From the NCBI GenBank assembly GCA_963717505.1, contig OY970342.1:2816001-2880000 (forward strand): a stretch of DNA of 64,000 bases, given 5' to 3'. Under the pieces are notes generated by a model. That model was not told the DNA's origin. It made no database searches and saw only the letters and a list, made by a program, of their open reading frames with translations. Made by a program: the position numbers and the translations under genes. Source of the stretch: Candidatus Eiseniibacteriota bacterium. GTDB lineage: Bacteria > Eisenbacteria > RBG-16-71-46. Positions within the stretch are counted from its first letter, which is position 1, and each line of letters opens with the position of its first letter. Positions 10,829 through 22,458 of the stretch are shown in pieces.

Positions 10829-12043
10829 CTAGGAATCGCCCGGCTGATAGCCGATCCGGTAGACCTCGCCGGTGAGTGAAACCACGTAAAGTTCGCCGGC
10901 CGCGTCGACGCCGAACGCGCTCGGTTGCAACCGCTCGGTCAGCCGCCACTGCTTGTGGTCCACCACACGTCCGCGCTCGAAGCTAAAGCTGCGGATCCAG
11001 CCCTTGCAGTGGTCGGCATAGAAGTAGTGCCCCGCCAGTTCGGGATGCCGGCGGCCACGGTAGACGAAGCCGCCGATCACGGTGCAGCCGTCGCGGCTGG
11101 GGTACTCGACCACCGGCAACGTCAGTCCCTGGTGTGAGACCGTGGCGCGGCGAAACGGATGGCGGCCCTCCATCAGATTCCAGCCGTAGTTGAGGCCGCC
11201 GCGCGCTGCGGGCGCCGCATCGACTTCTTCCCACGCGTTCTGGCCGACGTCGCCGATGAACAGTGTTCCCGAGGGCGGATCGAACGAGAACTGCCAGGGG
11301 TTGCGCAGCCCCCAGGCCCAGATCTCCGGCTTGGCGCCGGCGCGGCCGACGAACGGGTTGTCGGGCGGGACGCGATAGGACTTCTCGACGTCGATGTCGA
11401 TCCGCAGCAGCTTGCCGAGCAGCGTGCCCAGATTCTGGCCGTTGCGGTGCGGATCGCCACCCGAGCCGCCGTCGCCGAGTCCGACGTAGAGCATGCCGTC
11501 GGGACCGAACGCGATCAGACCGCCGTTGTGGTTGGCGTACGGCTGCTTCTGCGCCAGCACCAGCTCGGCACTCGTTGGGTCGGCGACGTCGGGGTTGTCG
11601 CCGACGCGCCAGCGCTCGATTCGCGTGTCGCCCTCTTTGTCGGTGTACGACACGAACAGCTGGCGGTTCTCCGCGAAGCGCGGATGGAACGCGATCGACA
11701 AGAGGCCGCGCTCGTAGCCGGTCGAGATCTGGCGGCCGATGTCGAGGAAGGGGCGGGCGAGCAGAGAGCCCTGCTTCCAGATCTTGACCTTGCCGTGCTG
11801 CTCGACGATGAACAGCCGGGAGTCGCCGGCGGGAGACAGGACCTGGACCGGGTTCTCGAGGCGATCGGTGACCAGGTCGAGCGTCAGGCCGGACGCCAAC
11901 TCGATCGGGGCTTCGCTCTCGGAGCGCGCGAGGTCGCGAATCACCACGAAGCCCGCAACCACGAGCGTCACCACCGCCGCGATCAGGAACGCGGGACGCA
12001 CCGGCGGCTGGCGCGGTGCCGGGGTCGTCGTCGTGTCGTCCAT
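10829..12043 (-). CDS. PQQ-dependent sugar (glucose/sorbosone) dehydrogenase family
   Basis: ERGLLSIAFHP, NHNGGLIAFGPDGMLY, GKLLRID, GLRNPW, GDVGQ and NYGW; N-terminal TM anchor. Confidence 0.92.
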   Translation of the reverse strand: MDDTTTTPAPRQPPVRPAFLIAAVVTLVVAGFVVIRDLARSESEAPIELASGLTLDLVTDRLENPVQVLSPAGDSRLFIVEQHGKVKIWKQGSLLARPFLDIGRQISTGYERGLLSIAFHPRFAENRQLFVSYTDKEGDTRIERWRVGDNPDVADPTSAELVLAQKQPYANHNGGLIAFGPDGMLYVGLGDGGSGGDPHRNGQNLGTLLGKLLRIDIDVEKSYRVPPDNPFVGRAGAKPEIWAWGLRNPWQFSFDPPSGTLFIGDVGQNAWEEVDAAPAARGGLNYGWNLMEGRHPFRRATVSHQGLTLPVVEYPSRDGCTVIGGFVYRGRRHPELAGHYFYADHCKGWIRSFSFERGRVVDHKQWRLTERLQPSAFGVDAAGELYVVSLTGEVYRIGYQPGDS

Positions 12044-12047
12044 GTTG

Positions 12048-13586
12048 TTAGCTCCCGGGCAATCCGCCGTGCGCGCGGACCAACGAATCCAGGTAGCTCG
12101 GAGTCGCCACCGCGAGCGAGCCGTCGATCCGATAGACGGCGTAGAGCGCTCGGTCGTTAACGTCCAGGGCTCGGACGAACGTCACACTGTCCACGGCTGG
12201 AAACAGAACCCGAACACCCAACCCGTCGAGCAGCGCGGCGCGTACGTTCCGCTCCCAGTACGTCTCACGCATTTGGGCGACGTCCGGATGCTGTTGGGTT
12301 TCGATCTGGATGGCCGTCGGGGACCAGAAGCGCAGCACCGTGCCCGCGGGCAAACCGGCGTCGCGAAGATCACGCCAGACATTCCGAGCGATGATCGCCC
12401 GGTCCACAGACGGGTCGGACCGCAGCACGCCATAGAACGGCATGGTCTCGATCTTGCGGATCACGAAGATGCCGTTGACGAAGAAGGTTGCCGCGAACGC
12501 GAGACCGCCGGCAGCCACCAGGCGACGAGCCCGGATCGGCGCTCGCTCCTTCAGGTGGTCCCAGGTCATCGCCAGCACCAGGCTGACGCCGATCAGTGGA
12601 CCGTAGAGATAGTAGTGGTAGGTGTGGTTGGGCAGCAGCGCCACTGGCGCGATCAGCGCCAGGAACCACACGGCGCCCAGCCACCAGGGGCGCCGTCGCA
12701 AGTCGGCGGAGAGGAAGCCGAGCGCCCACGCGGCGGCCGCGATCGCGCCGGCGACCACCGCACCGGGTTCGACCTGGTCGGCGAACCCGATCATGGTCAC
12801 GTACCAGCTGTTCACGCTCCAGCCAAGGTATGTCGCTAGGTTCGCGAGGGCGTGAGGTCCGAGTGAAATGTGATAGGCCGCATCGGCGCCGCGCTCGGTG
12901 CCGAGACCGATCGCCCTCGAGCCGGCGATGCCGACCGCGAACAGCACCGCGACGCCGCCCATCGCGTACAGCACGGGATCCCGCAGGGTTCGGCGTTGCG
13001 CCACGCGCAGCGCTGCGATCACCAGGGGCAAGCCGATCGAGGTCTCCTTGGACAGCAGCGACAGTCCGAACAGCGGCAGGGCCAGCCAGCGCGCGATCCC
13101 GGGCGTGCGCTCGACCAGGATCGCCCCGAGCGCGAACGCGATCGACAGGATCGAGCTGACCGTGGCGATCCAGTAGAGCGTCGTGTGCAACGCCGGATGC
13201 GCGGCGAAGAAGGTCGCGCCGAGCACCGCCGCCGGCAGTGAAGCGAAAGGGAGGAGCACGAACAGGACCAGAACCGACGTCGTGGCGTGGAGCAGCAGGC
13301 TCGCCATCCGGTAGGGGAATGGATCGAGCCCGGCGACCGCGCCCATCGCGTCGTAGTAGTACTGGTTGCCGATCAGCCGCCAGATGCCGTCGAGCCGGGG
13401 CAAGAGCCCGCGCGCGCGCGCCAGCCCCTCGAAGTCGTCCTGCGCGAAGAAATAGGGCAGCACCCCGCGGAACACGACGATCGCGACCAAGGCGACCCAG
13501 ACCGCGCCGAGCGCGGGCATCCAGGATGCGATCTCGGGGCGCCGCGCGCGAGGTTGTTGGGGTCGGGTCCTCCTCCGATCCGGCAT
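12048..13586 (-). CDS. Polytopic membrane protein, possibly a GT-C type glycosyltransferase
   Basis: TM1 followed by FFAQDDF; FFAAHP, LLSKE and YYLYGP; soluble C-terminal region; promoter-like element just upstream of ATG 13586. Confidence 0.6.
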   Translation of the reverse strand: MPDRRRTRPQQPRARRPEIASWMPALGAVWVALVAIVVFRGVLPYFFAQDDFEGLARARGLLPRLDGIWRLIGNQYYYDAMGAVAGLDPFPYRMASLLLHATTSVLVLFVLLPFASLPAAVLGATFFAAHPALHTTLYWIATVSSILSIAFALGAILVERTPGIARWLALPLFGLSLLSKETSIGLPLVIAALRVAQRRTLRDPVLYAMGGVAVLFAVGIAGSRAIGLGTERGADAAYHISLGPHALANLATYLGWSVNSWYVTMIGFADQVEPGAVVAGAIAAAAWALGFLSADLRRRPWWLGAVWFLALIAPVALLPNHTYHYYLYGPLIGVSLVLAMTWDHLKERAPIRARRLVAAGGLAFAATFFVNGIFVIRKIETMPFYGVLRSDPSVDRAIIARNVWRDLRDAGLPAGTVLRFWSPTAIQIETQQHPDVAQMRETYWERNVRAALLDGLGVRVLFPAVDSVTFVRALDVNDRALYAVYRIDGSLAVATPSYLDSLVRAHGGLPGS

Positions 13587-13606
13587 GGGGAGGACCCTAG
13601 CAGACC

Positions 13607-14892
<1,286 letters not shown>

Positions 14893-14950
14893 GTCCTCGT
14901 TCCTCGTGGTCGCGCGGACGCGGGCCGCGCAGCGTTCAGTGGGTTCCGGT

Positions 14951-16503
14951 TCACACCGGATCGAACCAGCCGTTGTCGATCATGGCCTCGCTCAGCCGGC
15001 ACGCCTCGCCGAGGCTTGCCGCGTTGCCGGCGTCCTTGCCGCGCGGGAGCTCGCTCGACCAGGCGCTCCAGCTCCTCGTCGAACAAGCGGGTGATGAACT
15101 CCTGAGTGTGGGGCACGGCGCGTCCGTCGCTCGTCGAGGATCGGCGCCCGTCGCGGTGACGCATGCGCTGGGCGATCATCAGCCGGTAGATGCGGTCGGT
15201 CGCGAGGTCCTCCATGTAGCCGTCGAGCAGGCTCGCGCCCTTGCCGTTGAGCACGCCGTTCCGGTAGCGGATCACGGTGCGCACCGCGGCGCGCGTGCCG
15301 GCGACAGTGCGCTGGCCGACGCCGGTCGGCGCGCGGGCGCAGGTCCGGGTAGCGGTCTCGACGCCCGGCGGCCGCGTCCGGATCTGGTTGGGCGCCGGGA
15401 ACTGTGCCGACCGCGATCGCGTTCTGGTCGGGATGCCCGGTCCAGGCGCCGTCCATGAAGCACGCCGCTTCGTTCCGCTTGTCCTGCTCGAGCACCGCCA
15501 GGGCGCGCGCGTTCAGCTCCGGCGTCCTCGCGGCTCGGGATAGAGCGCGGTCATGCCGCCGATCGCGAGCGCGCCGCGCCGGTGGCAGATGTCGACCAGC
15601 AGGTGGCGCAGGCTCTGGAAGAACGGCACGTCGTGGGGAATCGTGTTGCGGTCGGGCAGCACCCAGTCGGGTTCGGCGAGGTTGAAGTGGATCAGGCTCG
15701 CCATGTAGTCCCAGCGACCCAGGTTCAGGCCGACGATGTGATCGCGCAGGTGGTGGAGGAACTCCTCCATCTGGAACGCCAGCGGGTGCGACTCGACCAG
15801 CGCCATGCAGCGGATCGCGTCGGGCGGCCAGCCGCGCGCGCGCGCCAGGGCCCGGAACACGTCGCGCCACCACAGCGCCTCGTCGGCCGACTCGGACTTG
15901 GGGATGTAGAAGCACAGCGGGTGGCGCAGCGCGCGCGGCAGTCGACCTGGTAGGCGATCAGCGCCAGGTCGAACAGCGAGGCCGACGTCGGTTCGTCGAA
16001 GATCAGCCCGGCCTGGCACAGGTGCAGGCCGCGCACGCGGCTCCAGATCACGGTCGACGACGGCTTGATGTCGACGTGGCGTCCGCGCTTGCGGTCGTCG
16101 TAGCTGAGCTCGCCGCGCAGCGCCGCGAGGATGTTGCGAACCCCGGTCATCAGGTTGGGCCACTGGTTGGCCATCGAGTCTTCGAGGTCGAGCATCACGC
16201 CCGGGAGCGCCCGAGTTGAGCATCTTGACCACCAGCTCGGCGTCGTCGGCGGGCCCGGTCATCTGATTGCGCTGATCGGCGACACCACTCCGGCACGTCG
16301 ATCCGCCACTCGCCGGTCGTAGCGTCCGAGGCCGGCAGGTGCTCCGGACGGTGGCCCTCGTGGGCGGCCGCGAGCGCGTCCCGCCGGGCGAGCATCAAGG
16401 AGCGCTGGCGCGGGGTGAACTCGCGGTGCAGCGGCACATAGAACTCCATGAAGCCATCCGGGAGATCGCGCGCGGCGTTGAACTCCGGCGGCGTATGGTT
16501 CAT
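14951..16503 (-). CDS. aceB: Malate synthase (type A-like); frameshifted
   Basis: TGPADDAELVVKMLNSGA, MLDLEDS, FYIPKSES, GLNLGRWDYMAS, ALAIGGMTALYP, DGAWTGHP and MEDLATDRIYR; immediately upstream of aceA. Confidence 0.88.
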
Positions 16504-16681
16504 ACGGGCGTCGACGGCGGGCATGGAAAAGGCTCCTGCGGCCCCCGGCGCGGGGTTGGGATTGGGGCCGGTTACGGTCGGGCGGGATGTGGGAATGTTA
16601 TCGGCACGCGCTTCCAGGCTCAACACCAAAGGCTGAAGGCTGTTCCCCGGGTGGCCGGTCCCTCTAGAATTGCCCCCCGAC

Positions 16682-17722
16682 ATGGACCCCCTCCGCCTAC
16701 CCAGCCACGAGCTCGAGCCGTTCGCCCGCATGGCGCTCGCTTCCGTGACCCGCGAATACCCGAGTCACGTCAGCCACCTGATGCGCGGCGACCACGACGC
16801 CCGCCCGCCACGCGAGCTGACCCCCGCGTTCTTCGGCTCCTTCGACTGGCACTCGTCGGTGCACGGCCATTGGTGCCTGGCGCGCGCGCTGCGCTGCGGT
16901 CTCGGCGGCGAGGTCGCCGATCGGGCCCGCTCCGTGTTGGTGGGCCATCTGACCCAGGAGCGGATGGCAGGCGAAGTCGAATACCTGTCAGCCGCCGAGA
17001 GGGGCGGGTTCGAGCGCCCCTACGGCCTGGCCTGGCTGCTCCAGCTCGCGGCCGAGCTGCGCGAGTGGGGGAGTCCCGCGACCGAGTGGCTCGAGGCCCT
17101 GCGCCCGCTCGAAGACTTGGTGGCCGAACGGATGGCATCATGGCTGCCGCGACTCCGGCAGCCGATTCGCTCCGGCGAACACAGTCAGACCGCGTTCGCC
17201 ATGGGACTGGCGTTGGATTGGGCGCGCGCAAAAAGGGACGAGGCTTTCGAGCGATTGGTCGTCCGGCGCGCCCGGGAGTTCCACGAGTCCGATCGCCGTG
17301 CCCCGATCGGCTACGAGCCCTCCGGGCACGACTTTCTGTCGCCGGTCCTCGGGGAAGCCGACCTCATGCGTCGCGTGCTGTCGCCGGACGGATTCGCCGC
17401 CTGGCTCGCGGAGTTCCTTCCGGACTTGGACGGCCCGCCGGCCCAGGAATGGCTCACGCCAGTCGAAACCACGGACCGGGCCGACGGCAAGCTCGCGCAT
17501 CTGGACGGCCTCAATCTGAGCCGCGCATGGATGCTCGAAGGCATCGTGTCGGCGCTTGCGCCCACGGCTGCATTCCACGCGGTCTTCGACCGCGCCGCCG
17601 CGGCGCACCGTCGTGTCGGGCTCGACGCCGCGCGTCACTCGACCGAGTACGCGGGTGGGCACTGGTTGGGCTCGTTCGCTTTGTACGTCGTCACCCGGCG
17701 CGGACTGGCGATCGATCCGTGA
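16682..17722 (+). CDS. DUF2891 family protein
   Basis: REYP, PAFFGSFDWHSSVHGHW, FERPYGLAWLLQL, IRSGEHSQTAF, HLDGLNLSRAWML and YAGGHWLGSFA. Confidence 0.88.
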   Translation: MDPLRLPSHELEPFARMALASVTREYPSHVSHLMRGDHDARPPRELTPAFFGSFDWHSSVHGHWCLARALRCGLGGEVADRARSVLVGHLTQERMAGEVEYLSAAERGGFERPYGLAWLLQLAAELREWGSPATEWLEALRPLEDLVAERMASWLPRLRQPIRSGEHSQTAFAMGLALDWARAKRDEAFERLVVRRAREFHESDRRAPIGYEPSGHDFLSPVLGEADLMRRVLSPDGFAAWLAEFLPDLDGPPAQEWLTPVETTDRADGKLAHLDGLNLSRAWMLEGIVSALAPTAAFHAVFDRAAAAHRRVGLDAARHSTEYAGGHWLGSFALYVVTRRGLAIDP

Positions 17723-17757
17723 CCGGGACTGGGGCTCTCGGGTACACTCATCGCCAC

Positions 17758-19596
17758 ATGAATCCAGCGTCGGCCCTTGCATCCGTGACCCGACGACGTT
17801 CGATCCGGCTGGCCGCGCTGGGGGGCGTCTTGCTTGTTGGCGTGGCCGCGGCCGCTCCCGGCCCTGCGCTGAACCCGAACCCCAAGCTCGAACCCGCACT
17901 CGCGCGCCTGGTCGAGCGGCAGCCCGAGAGTCCGGTCGTCGCATGGGTCTACTTCAGCGATCGCGCGGGGGCCGAGCAGGATCCCGGCGCCATCGCCAAA
18001 GTGCGCGCGTCGTGGCCCGAGCGGACATTTGCGCGCCGGGCGAACCGCGGCCTGAAGGTCGGCGTCCAGGCGTCGGACCTGCCGGTTCACGCTCCCTACC
18101 TGCGGGCACTCGAAGCCCGCGGCGCGCACCTCCGTGGCGCCAGTCGCTGGCTCAATGCCGCCAGCGTCACGCTTCCGGCGAAGGTCGTTCCTGAAATCGC
18201 GCGGCTGCCGTTCGTTTCGCGGGTCGAGCGCGTGCCGGTCGGAGCGCCAAGGCGCGAGCAGAGCTACCTGGTCGGAGTCCCGGAAGAAGTTTCGCCTTCG
18301 TCGCCCACGCCGGCCGCCGCCGCCGCGGTCCCCGGCGACGCCGCCTACTACGGTGGCGCGTTCCGGCAACTATCCATCATGCAAGCGCCTCAGCTCCATG
18401 CGGACGGAATCAACGGTGCCGGGGTCCTGGTGTGCGTGCTCGACACCGGCTTCAAGCTCGACCACCAGATTTTCGCGGGCATCAACGTGATGGCAACCCG
18501 CGACTTCATCAATGGCGACTCGAATGTCGCGTTCGACCCGCTGCAGGACGCCGCGAGCCAGCCGAACCACGGTACGCTGGTGCTCGGCACGATGGCCGGG
18601 AATCTGCCGGGGACGTTCGTCGGCGGCGCCTACGGCGCCACCTACGCGTTGGGAAAGACCGAGAACGTCGCGAGCGAGACCCCGGTCGAAATGGACTTCT
18701 GGCAGTTCGGCGCCGAGTGGGCCGACAGTCTGGGCGCGGACGTCATCTCCTCGAGTCTCGGGTACTCGGTGTTCGACGATTCGCTCGACAGCTACGCCTA
18801 CGCCGACATGGACGGCCGAACGACCGTCGTCACCCTGGCGGCCGTCGAGGCGGTGAGTCGCGGCATCACGGTGCTGACCGCCGCGGGCAACGAGGGCGGG
18901 ACGCCTTGGGAGCACCTGATCGCGCCTTCTGACGCCGACACGCTGATCGGCATAGGCGCGGTCGACTCGTTCAATGTCGCTCAGGCGTTCTCGTCGCGCG
19001 GACCGACCGCGGATCAGCGGATCAAGCCCGACGTCACCGCCATGGGGCGAAGCGTGCTGACGGGTTCGACCAGCAGTACGACAACCTACGTTCGAGTCAG
19101 CGGCACGTCGCTCTCGACCCCGCTGGCCGGCTCGGTCGCCGCGCTCCTGCTCCAGGCGCATCCGACCTGGGGACCGTATGAGGTTCGAGCCGCCATGCGT
19201 TCGAGCGCGCTCAACAGCGCGAACCCAGACACGGTCATTGGCTGGGGGCTGATCCAGGCGATGGCGGCGAACTCGTGGAACGGTACGACCGATGTTCGTC
19301 CGTCGCCGCGCGCCGGTCGCATCGGACTGTCGATCGGGCCGAACCCGATCCGGTCCGGTGCCGAAGCCCGGATTCGACTGTCCGCTCCCGGTGTCCAACG
19401 CGTCACCGTGGATGTGCTCGACTTGGCGGGTCGCCGCCAGAGCCGATTGTTCGATGACGTCGTCGATGGTGTGCGCGAGATTCGTTGGAGCGGCACGGCG
19501 GCCGACGGTCACCGGCTCCCCGCCGGCATCTATTGGATGCGCGCGGCGACCGCGGGCGTGAATGCTTCGATCGCCCGCATTGTCCTCCTGCCCTGA
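17758..19596 (+). CDS. Secreted S8 subtilase with C-terminal FlgD-Ig/T9SS-like domain
   Basis: Intact triad VLDTG / NHGT / SGTSLS, oxyanion AAGNEG, propeptide, and C-terminal PNP...DLAGRR...W.G...LPAGIY. Confidence 0.92.
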   Translation: MNPASALASVTRRRSIRLAALGGVLLVGVAAAAPGPALNPNPKLEPALARLVERQPESPVVAWVYFSDRAGAEQDPGAIAKVRASWPERTFARRANRGLKVGVQASDLPVHAPYLRALEARGAHLRGASRWLNAASVTLPAKVVPEIARLPFVSRVERVPVGAPRREQSYLVGVPEEVSPSSPTPAAAAAVPGDAAYYGGAFRQLSIMQAPQLHADGINGAGVLVCVLDTGFKLDHQIFAGINVMATRDFINGDSNVAFDPLQDAASQPNHGTLVLGTMAGNLPGTFVGGAYGATYALGKTENVASETPVEMDFWQFGAEWADSLGADVISSSLGYSVFDDSLDSYAYADMDGRTTVVTLAAVEAVSRGITVLTAAGNEGGTPWEHLIAPSDADTLIGIGAVDSFNVAQAFSSRGPTADQRIKPDVTAMGRSVLTGSTSSTTTYVRVSGTSLSTPLAGSVAALLLQAHPTWGPYEVRAAMRSSALNSANPDTVIGWGLIQAMAANSWNGTTDVRPSPRAGRIGLSIGPNPIRSGAEARIRLSAPGVQRVTVDVLDLAGRRQSRLFDDVVDGVREIRWSGTAADGHRLPAGIYWMRAATAGVNASIARIVLLP

Positions 19597-19677
19597 GGCT
19601 GCTGCGCGCGCCGGCGTTGCCCGGCCCGCGGTCCGCGACTAGATTCCTGGCTGCCCCGTCCTGGCGGAGCCCAACGC

Positions 19678-22458
19678 ATGAACCAGCCCCCGACGTCTCC
19701 TGATTCACGTTCGCCCGCGTTTCGACGCGGGGTGATCGTGCTGGTTTCCATCGTCGTTCTGGTGGGCGCCACGATTCCGTCGTGGATCGGCAGCCGTGCG
19801 CCCGATCGCAACGCCGCGGCCGGCATGCTGATCAACGGCCGGCGGGCTCCGGGGCGTCCGGTCCGGATCGGGCAGGTCACGCCGCACGGTCCCGCGTCAC
19901 GCGCCGGCCTGCGTGCGGGCGACACGCTGATCACGATTCAAGGGATCGACGTCGGAGAGTCGGCGCGGTTGCGCGAGCTCGCCGGCCGGGTCCAGGCAGG
20001 GGATTCGCTCCGCTATGAAATCCGGCGCAAGGGCGAGGTGAAGTTCGTTTCCGTTGGGCTCGAGGCGATGCCCGAGCGCGGCGCCGTGCGCTCGGCCATG
20101 TTCCTGGTGGTCGGAGCCGTGTTCATCGTGATCGCCGGCTTCGTGGCCTGGCGCATGCCGTTCGACCCGCGCGCGCTGCTGTTCTTCGGGATCGGCCTGG
20201 CCACCGCGGCCTCGTTGTGGACGACACCGGGGATCCGCATGGCGGAACTGTCGCGCGGCATCGTCCCCGACGAGTTCCTGAGTTCGTCCTCGCTCGCCGC
20301 CGCCATCGTCAGCGCGATCTCCGGAGTCGCGTTCCTCGCGCTCCTCCTGCACTTCGCACTGATCTTCCCGCGCCGAGCCCCGGTGCTGGCGTCACGGCCG
20401 AATTTGATGAGCTGGGCCTACGCCTTCCCGGTCGCGTGCCTGGCTGTGTTTTGCACGCTCATCCTGGTCGGCATGTTCCGGCTGCCCAAGTGGAGCCTGA
20501 TCCCAGCGATGATCGCCGGTGTCGTCGCCGTCGCGGTCAGCGTATGGCAGATCCGATCGGCGGTCGGTCCCTGGTGGAACAGAATCCTCGCGCGGCCCTG
20601 GTGGGTTGTGGCGGCCGCGGTCGGGCTGACCGCGGCCGTGGGCGTCGCGGTTCAGCTGGTCCCGCGCACGTTGACCTTCAGCCGTCCCTTGCGGCTCGCC
20701 TACGGCCTGACCGCCTCCGGAGGCTCCGCCGTCGGCTTCGGGCTGTTCGCGCTCGCGGTTCCGATCCTGGTCACCTGGCTTCTGCTCCAGAGCTATCGAG
20801 CGGCTGGCTTCGAGGAGCGCCAGCAAATCCGGTGGCCGTTGTGGAGCATCATCATCTCCGCAGTCGGCGGCCTGCTCATTTCTGGGTGCTTCGCACTCCT
20901 GGGCCTGTTCGGCGTTCATGCTCTTCAGTACGTTTGGCTCAGCGACCTGGTGACGCTGCCCCTCACCTTGCTGATCCCGATCGGCTTCGCGGTCGGTATC
21001 CTGCGCTACCGGCTGATGGACCTCGACCTCGTCATCCGGCGCACCGCGATCTACGGCGTGGTCACCGCGGTCATGGTCATCCTCTACCTGGGCGTGGTCG
21101 CCGGGATCGGCGGCTGGTTGGCGCAGACCTTTGCCGTGCGCAGCCAATGGATCACGGTCGTCGGCACGCTCGCGGTCGCTGCCGCGTTCGTTCCGGTCCG
21201 GCGTCGCATGCAGGTCGAGATCGATCGCCGGTTCTATCGCACGCGCTACGAGGCGGCCGAGGCCCTGCGCCGCCTCGGCGAGCGGCTGTCCCAGGGCGGC
21301 GACGCGCCGACCCTGGCGCGGGTCGCATGCGAGGAACTGCACCATACGCTCGCGGTGCGCGGCGCTGCGGTCCTGCTGCGCGAGGGCGAGACCCGAACGC
21401 TCGCGGTCGCCGGCATGCTCGGCATCGCCGAAGAAGCGCGCCCGCGACTCACGATGCGCATCGATGGCGATTTCGAGTCGACTCTCGCACGGTCGCGCGT
21501 GATCCCCGCAACCGATATGCGGGGGGAGCCACAGGCCGCGGTACGGGCCGCCCACGCCCGACTCGTCGTCTCGATCCGGCGACCCAGTGGCATCGTCGGC
21601 GTGATCCTGGTCGGGGCGCGTCTCTCGGACGGCGACTTCGAGGAAGCGGATCGCGACTATCTCGAGTCTCTGGCCAACCAGCTGGCGATGGCGATCACCA
21701 ATCTGGGAAGCCCGGCGCGGCGTCGCGAGTTCGAGGAAGCGCGCCAGATTCAGACGCGGCTGCTTCCGCAGACCCTGCCGCGGGTTCCGGGCCTCGAGAT
21801 CGCCGCGCACTGGCAGCCGGCCCAGGAGGTCGCCGGCGACTACTACGACGTGTTGCTGCTCGGCGAGGACCAGGTCGCCCTGTGCATCGCCGACGTCACC
21901 GGCAAGGGCATGCCCGCGGCCCTACTCATGTCGAACTTGCAGGCAAGCGTCAAGACCTTTGCCGGACCAGGGGTTACGCCGCAGGCCCTCTGCGAGCGGA
22001 TCAATCGGGTCATGTCGGACGCAGTCGGTCCGGGCCGGTTCGTGACCTTGTTCTTCGGCGTGTTCGACCTGGTGAGCCGCGAGCTGTGCTACACGAACGC
22101 CGGCCACAATCCGCCGCTCGTGTTGCGAGCCAGTGGGGTCGTCGAAAGCCTCGACGTCGGCGGCACGCTGATGGGTCCATTCGCCAATGCCACCTTTACC
22201 CAGGCTCAAGTGGTGCTGGCGCCCGGCGATCGGCTGGTGCTCTACACCGATGGCGTCACCGAAGCCATGGATCGCAGCGGCGAGTTGTTCGGCGAGGAAC
22301 GCCTGCGCCGTGTCGGACTCGAGGCGGTTGCCGGCGGCGCGCTTCACGTGCAGCAACGCGTGCTGGAGCGGGTCACCGAGTTCTGCGGCGGGGTGTTTCA
22401 GGACGACGCGACGATCCTGGTGGTGGCGGTGGAGGAGCGGGAAGGACCGGTCTCCTGA
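19678..22458 (+). CDS. PDZ + multi-TM + GAF-like + SpoIIE (PP2C) phosphatase
   Basis: PDZ motif GPASRAGLRAGD after the first TM; many TMs; VAGDYYD, IADVTGKG, NAGH, LYTDG and QDDAT. Confidence 0.9.
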   Translation: MNQPPTSPDSRSPAFRRGVIVLVSIVVLVGATIPSWIGSRAPDRNAAAGMLINGRRAPGRPVRIGQVTPHGPASRAGLRAGDTLITIQGIDVGESARLRELAGRVQAGDSLRYEIRRKGEVKFVSVGLEAMPERGAVRSAMFLVVGAVFIVIAGFVAWRMPFDPRALLFFGIGLATAASLWTTPGIRMAELSRGIVPDEFLSSSSLAAAIVSAISGVAFLALLLHFALIFPRRAPVLASRPNLMSWAYAFPVACLAVFCTLILVGMFRLPKWSLIPAMIAGVVAVAVSVWQIRSAVGPWWNRILARPWWVVAAAVGLTAAVGVAVQLVPRTLTFSRPLRLAYGLTASGGSAVGFGLFALAVPILVTWLLLQSYRAAGFEERQQIRWPLWSIIISAVGGLLISGCFALLGLFGVHALQYVWLSDLVTLPLTLLIPIGFAVGILRYRLMDLDLVIRRTAIYGVVTAVMVILYLGVVAGIGGWLAQTFAVRSQWITVVGTLAVAAAFVPVRRRMQVEIDRRFYRTRYEAAEALRRLGERLSQGGDAPTLARVACEELHHTLAVRGAAVLLREGETRTLAVAGMLGIAEEARPRLTMRIDGDFESTLARSRVIPATDMRGEPQAAVRAAHARLVVSIRRPSGIVGVILVGARLSDGDFEEADRDYLESLANQLAMAITNLGSPARRREFEEARQIQTRLLPQTLPRVPGLEIAAHWQPAQEVAGDYYDVLLLGEDQVALCIADVTGKGMPAALLMSNLQASVKTFAGPGVTPQALCERINRVMSDAVGPGRFVTLFFGVFDLVSRELCYTNAGHNPPLVLRASGVVESLDVGGTLMGPFANATFTQAQVVLAPGDRLVLYTDGVTEAMDRSGELFGEERLRRVGLEAVAGGALHVQQRVLERVTEFCGGVFQDDATILVVAVEEREGPVS

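Noticed and set aside
20217-22454. Long N-terminal extensions and shadow ORFs, such as the 1275-aa ORF at 20217 and those at 16339, 24266, 29826, 32478-35276, 36915 and 47649
   Set aside because: They are Arg/Pro/Ala-rich read-through of alternate or antisense frames, expected at high GC. Only the downstream parts look like real proteins.
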